DNA of 64,000 nt from Camelus ferus (lineage: Eukaryota): contig NC_045697.1 of assembly GCF_009834535.1 (NCBI RefSeq), positions 38,380,001 to 38,444,000 of the forward strand, given 5' to 3'. This document shows, piece by piece, positions 14,001 through 26,000 of this stretch. The notes beneath the pieces are model-generated. The model searched no databases. It was not told the DNA's origin and was given only the letters and a program-made list of their open reading frames with translations. The position numbers were made by a program, and so were the translations under genes. Position 1 is the first letter of the stretch; each line of letters begins with the position of its first letter.

Positions 14001-17000
14001 TTCAACTGAAACCATATGTTTGACTGATTATAAGTGTGTGTATGTGAATTACTCTTAAATAAATGTGCTTACCAAAATATCTAAAGTGCTATAATATTTT
14101 ATAAAGTTGTTAGAAATCTTAATTATAGTATTAAAATTTGCAGGAATTAAACTTATGTCATAAAGAAAAGGAGAGACTGAGTGATGAACTCCTTATAAAA
14201 TCAGACCTGGAAACTGTGGTTCATCAACTTGAACAAGAAAAGCAAAGACTTAACAAAAAAATTGAAAGTTTTGCTGTTACAGGTAAAATATAAAATGTTG
14301 ATAACTTGAAAATTGTGATGTCCTCTTAATGTACTATTTTTTAGTAGATGATCTTTTATTCATTTATTCAATAAATATTTGTTGAGTGCTTATATGCAGA
14401 AACCAGACCAGGCACTGAGATATAATAGAAGTAATTAAGACTAATTGGCTTTCCAGATACCTGTCCTAAATGACTTGGTTTAAGGAACATGTAAGGATTC
14501 ATTCATTCATTTGACAAATGTTCATGAGCCTGTTTTGGTGCTGGGGTGGATAATGGTAAACAAGATACACAAAACCCCTGCTCCCATGGAGACTTTAGTT
14601 AGCGAGACAAACTAGTAGCATATAAGTGAAGAAGTTAATTTCAGATGATAAGAAGTATAAAAATAAAATGAAAGGATGTGCTAGAGATTGACTGATGGAA
14701 GGGCTCATGACAGGACACTAGCCATATGAAGATCTGGGGCAATTTTTCAGGAGGAGGGGATGGCAAGTGCAGAAGCCTGGTGCCATTAAACTCCGTATGT
14801 CTCAGGAGGTGGAAGCCAGTGTGCTGTTTTAAGAGGAGGCTATATCCTAGGCTCTTCTGCATCCACATGGGTAATCTATTTGACCCCTTCTCCATTTAGC
14901 AGCTGTATGACTTGAACAGGTTACTGAACATTTGCCTCAGTTTCCATTATCTTTTGGATTAATGATGGCACCTAACCCGAAAGGTTGTTGTGAGGATTAA
15001 ATGGGTTAAAAATTAAAGTGCTTAGACCTATGTTTAAAAATTTGCAAATTTACTTCCTTTCATTGCTAGATATCCTGGCATTTCAGTGTAGTCTTTCAGA
15101 TATCTGAAACTCTTTTCCTTTGTGTTACAAATGCATTCCTGCTGCCCAAAACCCAGCCTTGGATCAAGCAGAACACTTACACACGCAGCTAAGCACTGCT
15201 TGCGTGTGCACCAGCCATGTGGATAGCACTGTAAGTTAGATGGTTCCAAACCGCAGCAGCACCCTCAGGGATGTATGGAAACCTTACTTTATATTTCTTA
15301 CTGCTTGATCTCCCCGGCTCTCTGCAGGGAACATTTCAAATGTTTTTCATTTTCAGTAAACCCATTCTAACTGAATGATCTTACTTCCAGTTTCCCTAAG
15401 AGAATGGAAGCCATCTGGGAGACATTCCATCAGTTTCCTGTCCCCAGATCTTGAACCTGTCCATCTTTATCTTCCCTCCTGTTACAGTGGAGCCCTATAC
15501 CTCTTATGAAAGGACACTGCCTCCTTCTGTTCTCTGTATCCTATCCTCTCCACTTTTAAAACGCTTACGTATTAATTACCTTCTTTCCAAAACTTTACTG
15601 TTTTTTCCCATTGACATTCAAACATGCTTACCCTTCTCCCATTCTAAAACAAAACCTTTGACCCATTCCTCTCCAGCCACTCTTTCCTCCTGATTATAGC
15701 TTTACTATCTTAAAAGGTCACCCACATTTGCTTTTCTGCTTGATCACCCACTGCCCTTTAGCTCCTCAGTCCACTCCAGTTGGCTTCTGTCCCCACCTCA
15801 CCAGCAAAATTGCTCTTGTTAAGGTCACCACTCACCTCCATTGTGGTAAATGCAGTGGACACTTTTCATTCATCAATTTATTTGACTTCTTAGCATTTAA
15901 CACATTTGCCCATGCCTTCCCACGCTCCTGCTTCCTTCCCTCTCAGGTAACTCCGCAGGATGATCCCCCTGTTCATCCTCCAGGCTACTGTTCTTTTGTA
16001 GCTCTTGTCCTACTGCTGGTAGAGTAATTGCTTGACCTTGGCTATGCTCTTCATACTTGTATCCTTAGCCCATGCTGGGCATTTAGTAGATACTCTGTAA
16101 GTAAATATTGGTCGAATGAATGAAAGAAAGGATGGAATAGATCTTGGAAATCATTTCATCCTTCAGAGTGGTAAAGAGCATCAGTTAAATAAGGTTAAGC
16201 TATATGAAATTGCCAGTGTTAGGCTACTTTTGACTCCTGAAAGGTGATTTTTATGGTAAAAGTTAATAATAATTTGAGAAAAATAAGTTGTTTTGATCTC
16301 TTTATGTGTATGCTATATTAAATTCAAGCTTAATGTTAACATCATACATATTATGATCAATTGCTTATACATAAATTTTCTTTTAGTTTTTTCAGGTCAC
16401 CAGAAAGTATCATGTTGTGGGGAGGGTATAGCTCAAGTGGTAGAGCACATGCTTAGCATGCGCAAGGTCCTAGGTTCAATTCCCAGTACCTCCTCTAAAA
16501 ATAAATAAATCTAATTACCATCTCTCCCCAAGTAAGAAATAATAATTTTTTTAAAAATATCACATGGTAATTTATTGTTGCACTGTGTAATGCTAAATAG
16601 TACTCATCCTTGTATATGACAAAAACAGGAGGATTTTGACTTATTGGATTTTATTTAAACTTTTAATTTAATTTTTGCTTTTATATTTTTCTCCTTTCCT
16701 TTCAGCATTTACCTCTTTGATATCTGGCAGTTACAGGTGATATTTAAATAGCTGAATTTTAGTAGCTTGCATTCTGAAAGTTATTGATATAATTTATTTG
16801 GCTAATTATACATTTTGTATGCAACATTGTTTAAGATTTAATGACTTTTATTTGCAGAAAGAGAACTTACTTTGGAAGTTGAGAGGATGAGGCTAGAACA
16901 TGGAATAAAACGTCGAGACAAGTCACCTTCTCGTTTAGATACATTTCTGAAAGGTATAGAAGAGGAACGAGATTTTTATAAGAAAGAGCTAGAAAGACTC

Positions 17001-20000
17001 CAACATATAATACAACGAAGATCTTGCTCCAGAAGTTATTCTACATGTGAAAAAATTCCCGTGTTTAAAACACTAGAAAAGGTAATATCTATGAGAGTAA
17101 TTGATAAGGCAAGAGAGTATCTTTATGAGCAAACTTTCCTGGTTTATTAATTGTATTAAATGTAACTTTATTCATGCTTGCTTTTAAGAAGTTTTTCTTA
17201 ATTTTGATATTTGTTTTCTTCTGTGACCTGTACTTTAGACACACTGCGTTAATTAGGAGAACTACTTAAGAACAAGGCATAACATACTGATTCCTGAAAA
17301 TTAAGGAAACATTGAATAGCTCATTTTATATATGGGAGGAGTGCAGGGGCATCTGAGCTTCTAGAAACTGGAGCCAGAAACTCATGCTACTGGACATTGT
17401 CTCTCTTTCTAGCCTTTACTTTCTGGTATCAGCTGCATTTCCTCTCTTGAATCAGAGTGGCTTTTGTTCACACAGCAGGCAACATGGCTTCATGCTGTCC
17501 CCAGCCTTGGACCAGTCAGAAGGGCAGGCTGGGTATCTTCCATGATAACCGTGCAGCAGGAGAAGGTACAAAATGGAAATGAGTGCTGGGTAGATCATCC
17601 CATTGATCCACTGCAGCCACATTTACAGCCTGGTAGTCTGAAGATGTACACTATATAAAGTTAACCATGATTCATGAAAGAGCAAAAGCATGTGTCTGTA
17701 TTTTAGGTCTTACTTATTTTTAACTTTTTATGAGTATAATTTGGATTCTTTAGATTTTTCTTTTCTTTTAAGCTTTGAGCTATAGGAGTCCTGGAGGCTT
17801 ATATGACCCTAACATTATCCACACACTAGATAAAATTAGGAGAAGTTGGGAGTAAAGTCATTAAAACATTTGATTTCATCTTTGTCTGAATTTACCAATT
17901 CTGTCATCTTTTTTCTGAAGATCCTCTGTCCATTGTCAAATGGCTTTGAATCATTTTCCGATTAGACTCTGTTTCTTAACCTCATTGGCTAGTGACTAAA
18001 TTTGATTTACAGAGTGTTAGTATAAACATTATGCTATTATCTATTACAAGCCCAATGAATTGGTGGAAAAATACAGTATAAGTTAGTTTATGTGTTACTG
18101 AGTTGTTTTTTAAACTCTATATATTCTAGGAATCAGGAAAAATAAATTGCTGAATTGATCACCTTCATTGTGTAAGGCAGTTTTTCACAAAATAATTGAT
18201 TAGTTTAATCAAGTATTTATTAAATAGGTCTAAGTAGATAAATATCTCAATGCATTTAACTTAAACATTTGATTCGTTTGCTTGGTGTGGATTCAAAATT
18301 GAAAGACAAATGAGATACCAGCCAGATACTGGTAAAATTAGGAGAGACTTCCCCACTTGGAACTTATTTAGTTTCTTGAAATATTCTAACATTACCTGAC
18401 ATAGATAAAGAATTCATTTTGTAAAGTCTAGAAAGTTGGTACATTGGTAGCGTTTTAGAGTCCCAATAATATATTGTAGGCATGATAGAGTATAAGGGGG
18501 CATGTACACAAGTGAAGTGGGTAAGACAGTTGTGAGTGCTGAAAACTAGAAAGTAAATCCCCACCTAATACTTTAAACATGTTAAGAAACACTTGACAGA
18601 TAACAAAGACCCCTCTCAAGCTGGATTTGGTAAAAGCTATGGGTTTTCAACCCTTGCTTTATGGCAAATTGTTAGGCAGTTTCTTGGGATTGCAGTCAGA
18701 AAAGAATATTGTCACTTTTAATATCAATGACTTTTATTAACAATACATCCATTGATTTTCTTGCCTGTGTAGGGACAGCAGTGTCCCCTTTCACCTCTTG
18801 TACTCACAGAGTTCCAAATGAGTTTTGAGTATAGTGTAGTGGAAAGTGCTTTGGTGTTAGAGACTCGATAAAAATTTCAACTCCATATACTGACTTTATG
18901 ACCTTGAACAAGTTACCTAACTTCAATGGAGCCCCAGTTTCCTCATTTGCAAAGTGGAGAAAGTAACTACAACCTCTTGTAAAGATTACATGGAATAATT
19001 TATATAAGGGTCTAGCATAGCACCTAGTTCTAGTAAATGTTTCGTTTCCTTATTATTTGCTGATTCAGAGCACATCAGGTATAGGTAGAAAATTAAGTTC
19101 AGTTCAATAGATATATATACCAAGTGCCTGCTGTGAATGAGGCACCCAGGATATGAGATGAAGAAGACCTAGTTCCTGTACTCAGTCTTTAACGTTGTGT
19201 GTGTGTGTGTGTGTGTGTTGGGAACAATGGAGAGGTGAAAGGGAATTATTAACACAAATGTAAGTACCTACATACAAGATATATTTAGAAAAGAGCTACA
19301 GTTCCTACTTAAGAAGGCCAGTAAATAGATGTTAGGAAATTCGTATGTTTTACCAGGTACCATGCTAGACACTAAAGATATGGTGAGTATGACCGGATAC
19401 CTGCTGCTGTGTCTCTCATAGAGCTTACATTTTAGTGGTAAAGACACATTAAACACCCAACATGTAAATAACTTTACAATCTCATGTATAATAAGTGATA
19501 ATGAAGAAGATTCATAATGCTATGAAAGTATATAGAGGGACATCTAAATTAGATTGGAGAACCTGGAAGGACTACTTAGAGAAAGTGACATTTAAGCTGA
19601 GACCTAGACAGTAATGAAAATTAGACTTCCAAATCCTTACTCACTGAGCTCTCCTTTTCTAAAATCTAGGCAGACCACCTCCTTTCAGTAAGATATTTTT
19701 ATTTAGAGATGGTTAGGTTACAGATTTTCTTTTATTCTTGTTTAAACCCTGATTAAGTCTTCCCCTAATTGCTTTTGTCCTGTAATATATCTTGTCCTTT
19801 AAGGTGTCCAGAGAGCTAATCTCATCCATTATGCCTTGATTTTGCTCACCTAACCAAGGGGATAACTTATTTCCGAGTGGCAGGTGAAGGGTATTTCACA
19901 GATACCTACTATTTACCAAGTCTCCATTGGACATAGTTATGTGCACGGTAAATACTGAACAACACACATCAGGATACTTCCCAGTGTACCAGATTATCAG

Positions 20001-23000
20001 ATTATCGCTATATGGAGCCTCTGCATTTAGAACTTGAACATTAAGATACTACAGATCCCAGATTTACATTTACTATCTTGATTTTCTACAATAGCTGTGA
20101 AGATAGTGGATTTTGTTGAATTGTACTGGAATAATAGGTATAATCTTTTTATAGAAATGTCAGAAGTAGTTGCTTATTCAGTGAACATCCTTAATGTACA
20201 CCATCTGGTAGAAATATTTCTACTTATCTGATTGCAAAAATAGACCTTACCCAGGTTTGAAGCTGGGACAGTTGGGGGTTGGTGTGCCTGGGAAATTGAT
20301 CTTAGATTCAGTCACAGAAAACAGAGGAATGTGCTAGGCTGTTACAGTTGCTGTTCTGGGTGAGCAGGTGCACACATGCCCTGTTTCTTCCCCGGGAGAG
20401 GGTTATAACTAGGGGTTCCCAGCAATCAGCATGCATCAGAATCGCTTGGAGGACTTGATAAACCGGTTACTGGCCCCTGTCCCCAGAGTTTCTGATTGAG
20501 TAAGTCTGGGGTGGTCCCAAAACTTGCATGCCTAATCAGTTCCCCAGTGCTACATGCTTCTGGTCTGGTGATTATACCTTAGTCGCCACCAGTATAAACA
20601 ACTCTGGGAGAATGACAGTTGGAGCATTTGATGGGATCTAATGAAGTAGCATCAGTGGCAGCCAAGTCCCTTGCTGGGAACTTGAAGGCTACGAAATTTG
20701 TCCCCATACTGCCAGCACTCTCATCTCCTGCTCTTCTCATAGATTAAAAATTGTGCTCCTTGTTTACACTGTAGGATATTGTGTTCTTTCTGTCTCTTAG
20801 CATCTTTCAGTCAGTCTTATCATCAGCATCCTTGTGGCAACCATGTGGTGATAATTACAACAAATGATAACTTCTATTTTTAAATTATGTTTCAGGGTGA
20901 TTACAATTCAGAAATCCATCTGATCACGAGAGAAAGAGACGAACTCCAGCGTATGCTAGAAAGATTTGAAAAACATATGGAGGATATACAGTCCAATGTT
21001 AAATTATTGACAGCAGAAAGAGATAAACTAAGTGTCTTATATAATGAAGTAAGATACTGATTATAATTAAGCCAACAGATTATGTGGAACTAGTTAACTA
21101 TAATGGAACCAATATATATATATATCCTTTAAATTACTGTACTATATGGACCTTAGTGATTTTCCTTCATAGTTAGAATTATAAGTAATAGTTTCTTCTA
21201 TCATCCTGTTCCCAAAGCAGGGATTTCTGTTGCTTTTCCATATTTATTCTTCCTCTTTTCTAGCCTATCTGTGGGTCAGGTCAGTTAGAGATAATTCCCT
21301 ATTTCTAAAGCTTCCGAAGGGTCACAGCCTGACTGAGCCAAGTGCATCCTTGGGATTCAGACATGTTGGGATATGTCTGTCAAACAGTGGGTAGTGCCCA
21401 CTAATTGAATATATTGGATATTAAGGACTTAGCCTCTAGGGTTAGGGAGGGGAGATTCCATACAGCTTGGCCCAGTTACCAAGCCTCAGTTGTCAGAGGG
21501 CAAGGTGAGTCTGAGCAAAAGCATGGTGTTTATCACCTAAATTTGTTCCCATAGCAATCTCCCATGAAATCCTACTGCTATTTTGAGAGCGAGAGAAGGA
21601 CATGCAGGTTAAAAGTTCAAGTTCAAAAAGCTGTTTTCACTTTTGAAGCTTTTCTGGGATTCTGCAGTACAAACTGATCCACTTCTGGGCTTTTCCCACT
21701 GTTGGCTTAGATTTCAGCTTTCTTGGGTCTGCTTAGTTAATTACTAGTTGTCCATCTGCCACTTGGTTTCAAAATTTTTTTGACTGGCACTTCCTCAATC
21801 TCCTTGTCTTTTTGTTTTTATTATTATTACTTTAATCCTTTTAGTCTCATTTTGGTGGCATTTGGGAAAAGAGCAAAGGTAGCATGTGTTTAGTTTGCCT
21901 TTTCTTAAACTAGGAGCATATCCAGTGTTTTTTTAATTTACATCTTTCAATTCTTAAAGGCTCAGGAAGAATTATCTGCACTGAGACAAAAGTCTTCCCA
22001 AACCACAGTTTCCCATAATACTGTTAGTCTTATAGAAAAGGAAAAAGAACTTGCATTATCTGACTTAAGAAGAATTATGACAGAAAAAGAAGCTTTAAAA
22101 GAAAAGTTAAAAGTAAGTAATAAGATCGACTTATTTTTGAAAGGTGATTTTTTTAAGAAAAAGGAAGTTCTTTTTATATGATGTGACTATTTTGATACTA
22201 GGCTGGGGATTGGTAAATAATGGCACATGAGCTAAATCCAGAACACTGTTTTTATATGGCCCGTGTGCTAACATTGGGTTTTACATTTTTGAATCATTAA
22301 ACAAATATCAAAAGAAGAATATTTCATGACACATCTAAGTTATGAAATTCCAATTTCATCATTGGTTAATGTTATTGGCCTTCTCATTTGTTTGTGTGTT
22401 TTATGTAGCTTCTTTTGTGCTGTAGTGGCAGAGTTAAGTAATTGCAACAAAAACTGTATGGGCCACAAAGCCTAAGATATTTATTATCTGGTTCTTTATA
22501 GAAAAGGACCAACCTCCAGTCTCAATAGGAAGGCCCTCATGTGGAGGGACATTATCTTTCTTTGTAAAAAAAACTTCCTTGAGATACCATGTAATTCATC
22601 CATTTTAAAATGTACAATTCATTGGGTTTTAGTATATGCAAAGATTTGTTCAACCATCAGCACAGTCACTTTCAGAGCATTTTCATTACCTCAGGAAGAA
22701 AGCCTGTACCCGTTAGCAGCCACCCTTCATTCCCCCCATCCCCCTCAGGCCTGGGCGACCACTAGGCTACTCTCTGTCTCTCCACATTTGTCTACTCTGA
22801 ACATTTCATATAAATTGAATCATTCAGTATGTATTTTTATGTCTGGCTTCTCTAGCTTAGCATAACATTTTCAAGGTTCATCCATTATGTAATATGTGTC
22901 AATACTTTATTCATTTTTATTGTGGAATGATATTCCATTGTATGGACAGACAACATTTATTTATCATTGGGGTGGTTTCCACTTTTGGCTATTATGGAAA

Positions 23001-26000
23001 ATGGTGATATGGACATTTGTGTACAACTTTTTATGTGGATGTATGTTTTCATTTATCTTGGGTATGTGTCTAGAGTCATGTGATAACTATAACTAACCAT
23101 TGGGCACCTGCCAGGCTGTTTTCCAAAGTGACTACCATTTATATCCCCGCCATCAGTGTGTAAGAGTTCTGATTTCTCCGCATCCTCACCAATACTTATT
23201 ATTATCTCTGGTTTTTATTACCATCATGCTGGTGGGTGTGAAGCAGTATCTATTGCGGTTTTGATTTGCATTTCCCCAACGGCTAATGTGCTTATTTTCA
23301 TGTGCATATTTGGCCGTTTGTGTCTCTTCTTTAGAGAAATGTTTATTTAGATCCTTTGCCCATTTTTAAACTGAGTTATTTGTCATTATCATTGAGTTGT
23401 AAGAATACTGTATATATTCTCAATACAGATCCTTTATCAGATATATGATTTGCAAATACTTTCCCCATTTTTCATTTTCTTAGTATTGTCCTTTGAAGCA
23501 CAGAAATTTTTAATTTTGACGAACTCTAATTTATCTATTTTCTTCTTCTGTTAACATTTGTTATTGAGTTACAGTCATTTTACAATGTTGTGTTTGTTGC
23601 TTATGGTTTTGATGCGATATCTAGGGGCAATAGACTATAACTCCAAAAAATGTTAATATACATAAAGCACTTAACAGTTCTCAGTACGTTTTAAGAACTC
23701 AATATTAACTATTATTGTTACTATTATGAAGTCCATAGTTTACTTCCAATAACTATTATTGAATAAATGCTTAGAAATTAGTAGCTAAGGTTAAGAATAA
23801 GAACATTTAAGTATTATAAAGGTAATCTTTATGTCATAAATTTTTAGTTAAAGTTTTACCCCAACAGAATACTTTTAATTGGGATCTTTTGGAATACTGC
23901 CTTCCTAAAATAAGTGTTAAAATTACCAAATGGAAAACTTCTGCACAATATGGCAGCTTTTAATACAAGCTACTGATTTGTCCTTTTCCATATCTGTTGA
24001 AATGACTAAGGAATGTAAAAATAGGATTTAAAAATGTAGTACTACTGAAAACTCAGATAAAGTGACATTTGTATTACCAGATGATCTTTCTGGATTATAG
24101 GATGCAGGATTTATGAGTTTACAGTAGATCTTTCACTTGAAAACTGAACTAATTCTTTCAGTCTTCAAGTCTCTAGTAGCTTCCTGTTGTTCCACTCTCC
24201 ACCCAGCCATTGGACCCAGGCATCATCACTGACTTCTCTCTCCCTAAAAGCTCCTATCTCTCAATTAGTCACAAAGTCCCAGTGATGCTATGTCTTAAAT
24301 AATAGTTAACATTTATTAAGCCCTTTCCATGTGGAAAGCTCTGTTCTAAGTGCTTTTTACAAGGCTATCTCAATAAATCTTCACAATTACCTTTTCAGTT
24401 GGGTCATGTTACAGAAGTGGTCTCTGAGTTACAGTAAGTTCAAATAATTTGCCCAGCCAGCAGACACATGAAAAGATGTTCAGTATCACTAATCATAGAG
24501 AAGTGCAGATCAGAACCACAATGAGATATCACCTCACTCCTGTCAGAATGGCCATCATCAAAAAGACCACAAATAACAAATGTTGGCGAGTATGTAGAGA
24601 AAAGGAAACACTTGCACACTGTTGGTGGGAATGTAAATTGGTGCAGCCACTATGGAAAACAATAATGGCAGTTCCTCAAAAACTAAAAATAGAATTACTG
24701 TATGATCCAGCAATTCTACTCCTGAATATGTATCTAAAGAAAATGAAAACACTAATTTGAAAAGATATATGTACCTTGATGTTCATGGCAGCATTATTTA
24801 CAATTGCCAAGATATAGAAGCAACCTAAGTGTCCATCAGCAGATGACTGGGTAAAGAAGATGAGGTGTGTATATATATATATATATTTATATATATGTAT
24901 ATATATATAAATATATATATAAAATAATAGAGTACCACTCAGCCAAAAGAAAGAAAAAGATTGCCATTTGCAACAATATGGATGGATTTGGAGGGTATTA
25001 TACTTGTTAGATAAGTCAGAAGAAGACAAATACTGTATGGTAGCACTTATATGTGGAATGTAAAAAGTAAAACAAACTAGTGAATATAACAAAAAAGAAT
25101 CAGACTCATAGAAAACAAAGTAGTGGTTACCAGTGGGGAGAGGGAAGGCGGGTGGAACAAGACAGGGGTAGGAGATTAAGAGGAACAAACTGCTATGTAT
25201 AAATAAGCTACAGTGATACATTGTACAGCACAGGGACCATAGCCAATATTTTATATGTAACTATAAATGGAGTTAACCTTTAAAAATTTTGAATGACTAT
25301 GTTGTATTCCTAAAACTTATATTATGAATCAACTATACCTTAATAAAAATAAAAAAAATTTTAAAAATGATAATAATAATTTGCCCAAGATTACCTAACT
25401 AATGAAGTCACAAAGAATCTGGTTCCTGAGCTCACATTGGTTTCTCTTGAATCAGTCTACTTGTTTCCATTGCCCTGCCACCATCCTGTTCTGGCCACTC
25501 TTCGCAGCTGCACTAGTATGTTAGTGCCCTCTCAAATCTGTATTTCACACTGAAGTCAGAGTCATCTTTCAAAGATATAAATTTGATCACATCACTTCCT
25601 ATTTAAAATTCATTAACTATTTTCAGGGACTTCGATGACTGACCCTTGCCTACTTAAAGGTGTAGCTTCTTTTCCCCAAGCTCATCTTTCCTTATTCCCT
25701 ACCTCTCATTTTCTCAACTCCAGGTTTAATGGACTTTTTCTTGCCCTCAACTTTCTTCATAGGCTGTTGAAAAAATCCTTCACCCCTTCCAATCCCCTCA
25801 CCTGGCTAATTCCCATTCATCCTTTAGAGCCAGGTTAAACATCTTTTCCTAGCAGAATGTTAACGGAGTTTATTTTAATATCTTGTTTAAAGTTTGTCTT
25901 TTCTACTGGACTATAATGTTGGTGACATCAGAGACTTTACCCATTTTACTCACAACTGTATTTCTATCACCTTGCTTGGTGCTTGGTATATAGTATGTAC

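Noticed and set aside
16419..16495. tRNA-Ala/Cys-like genes (also at 9820, 30698, 43147, 48074, 62316, 62999)
   Set aside because: They have A-rich tails, TSDs, many diverged copies and broken acceptor stems, so they are SINEs and not tRNA genes.
24449..25221. ORFs of 103 aa (+) and 181 aa (-)
   Set aside because: L1 ORF2 C-terminus, and an antisense frame through the L1 3' UTR and (TA)n repeat.
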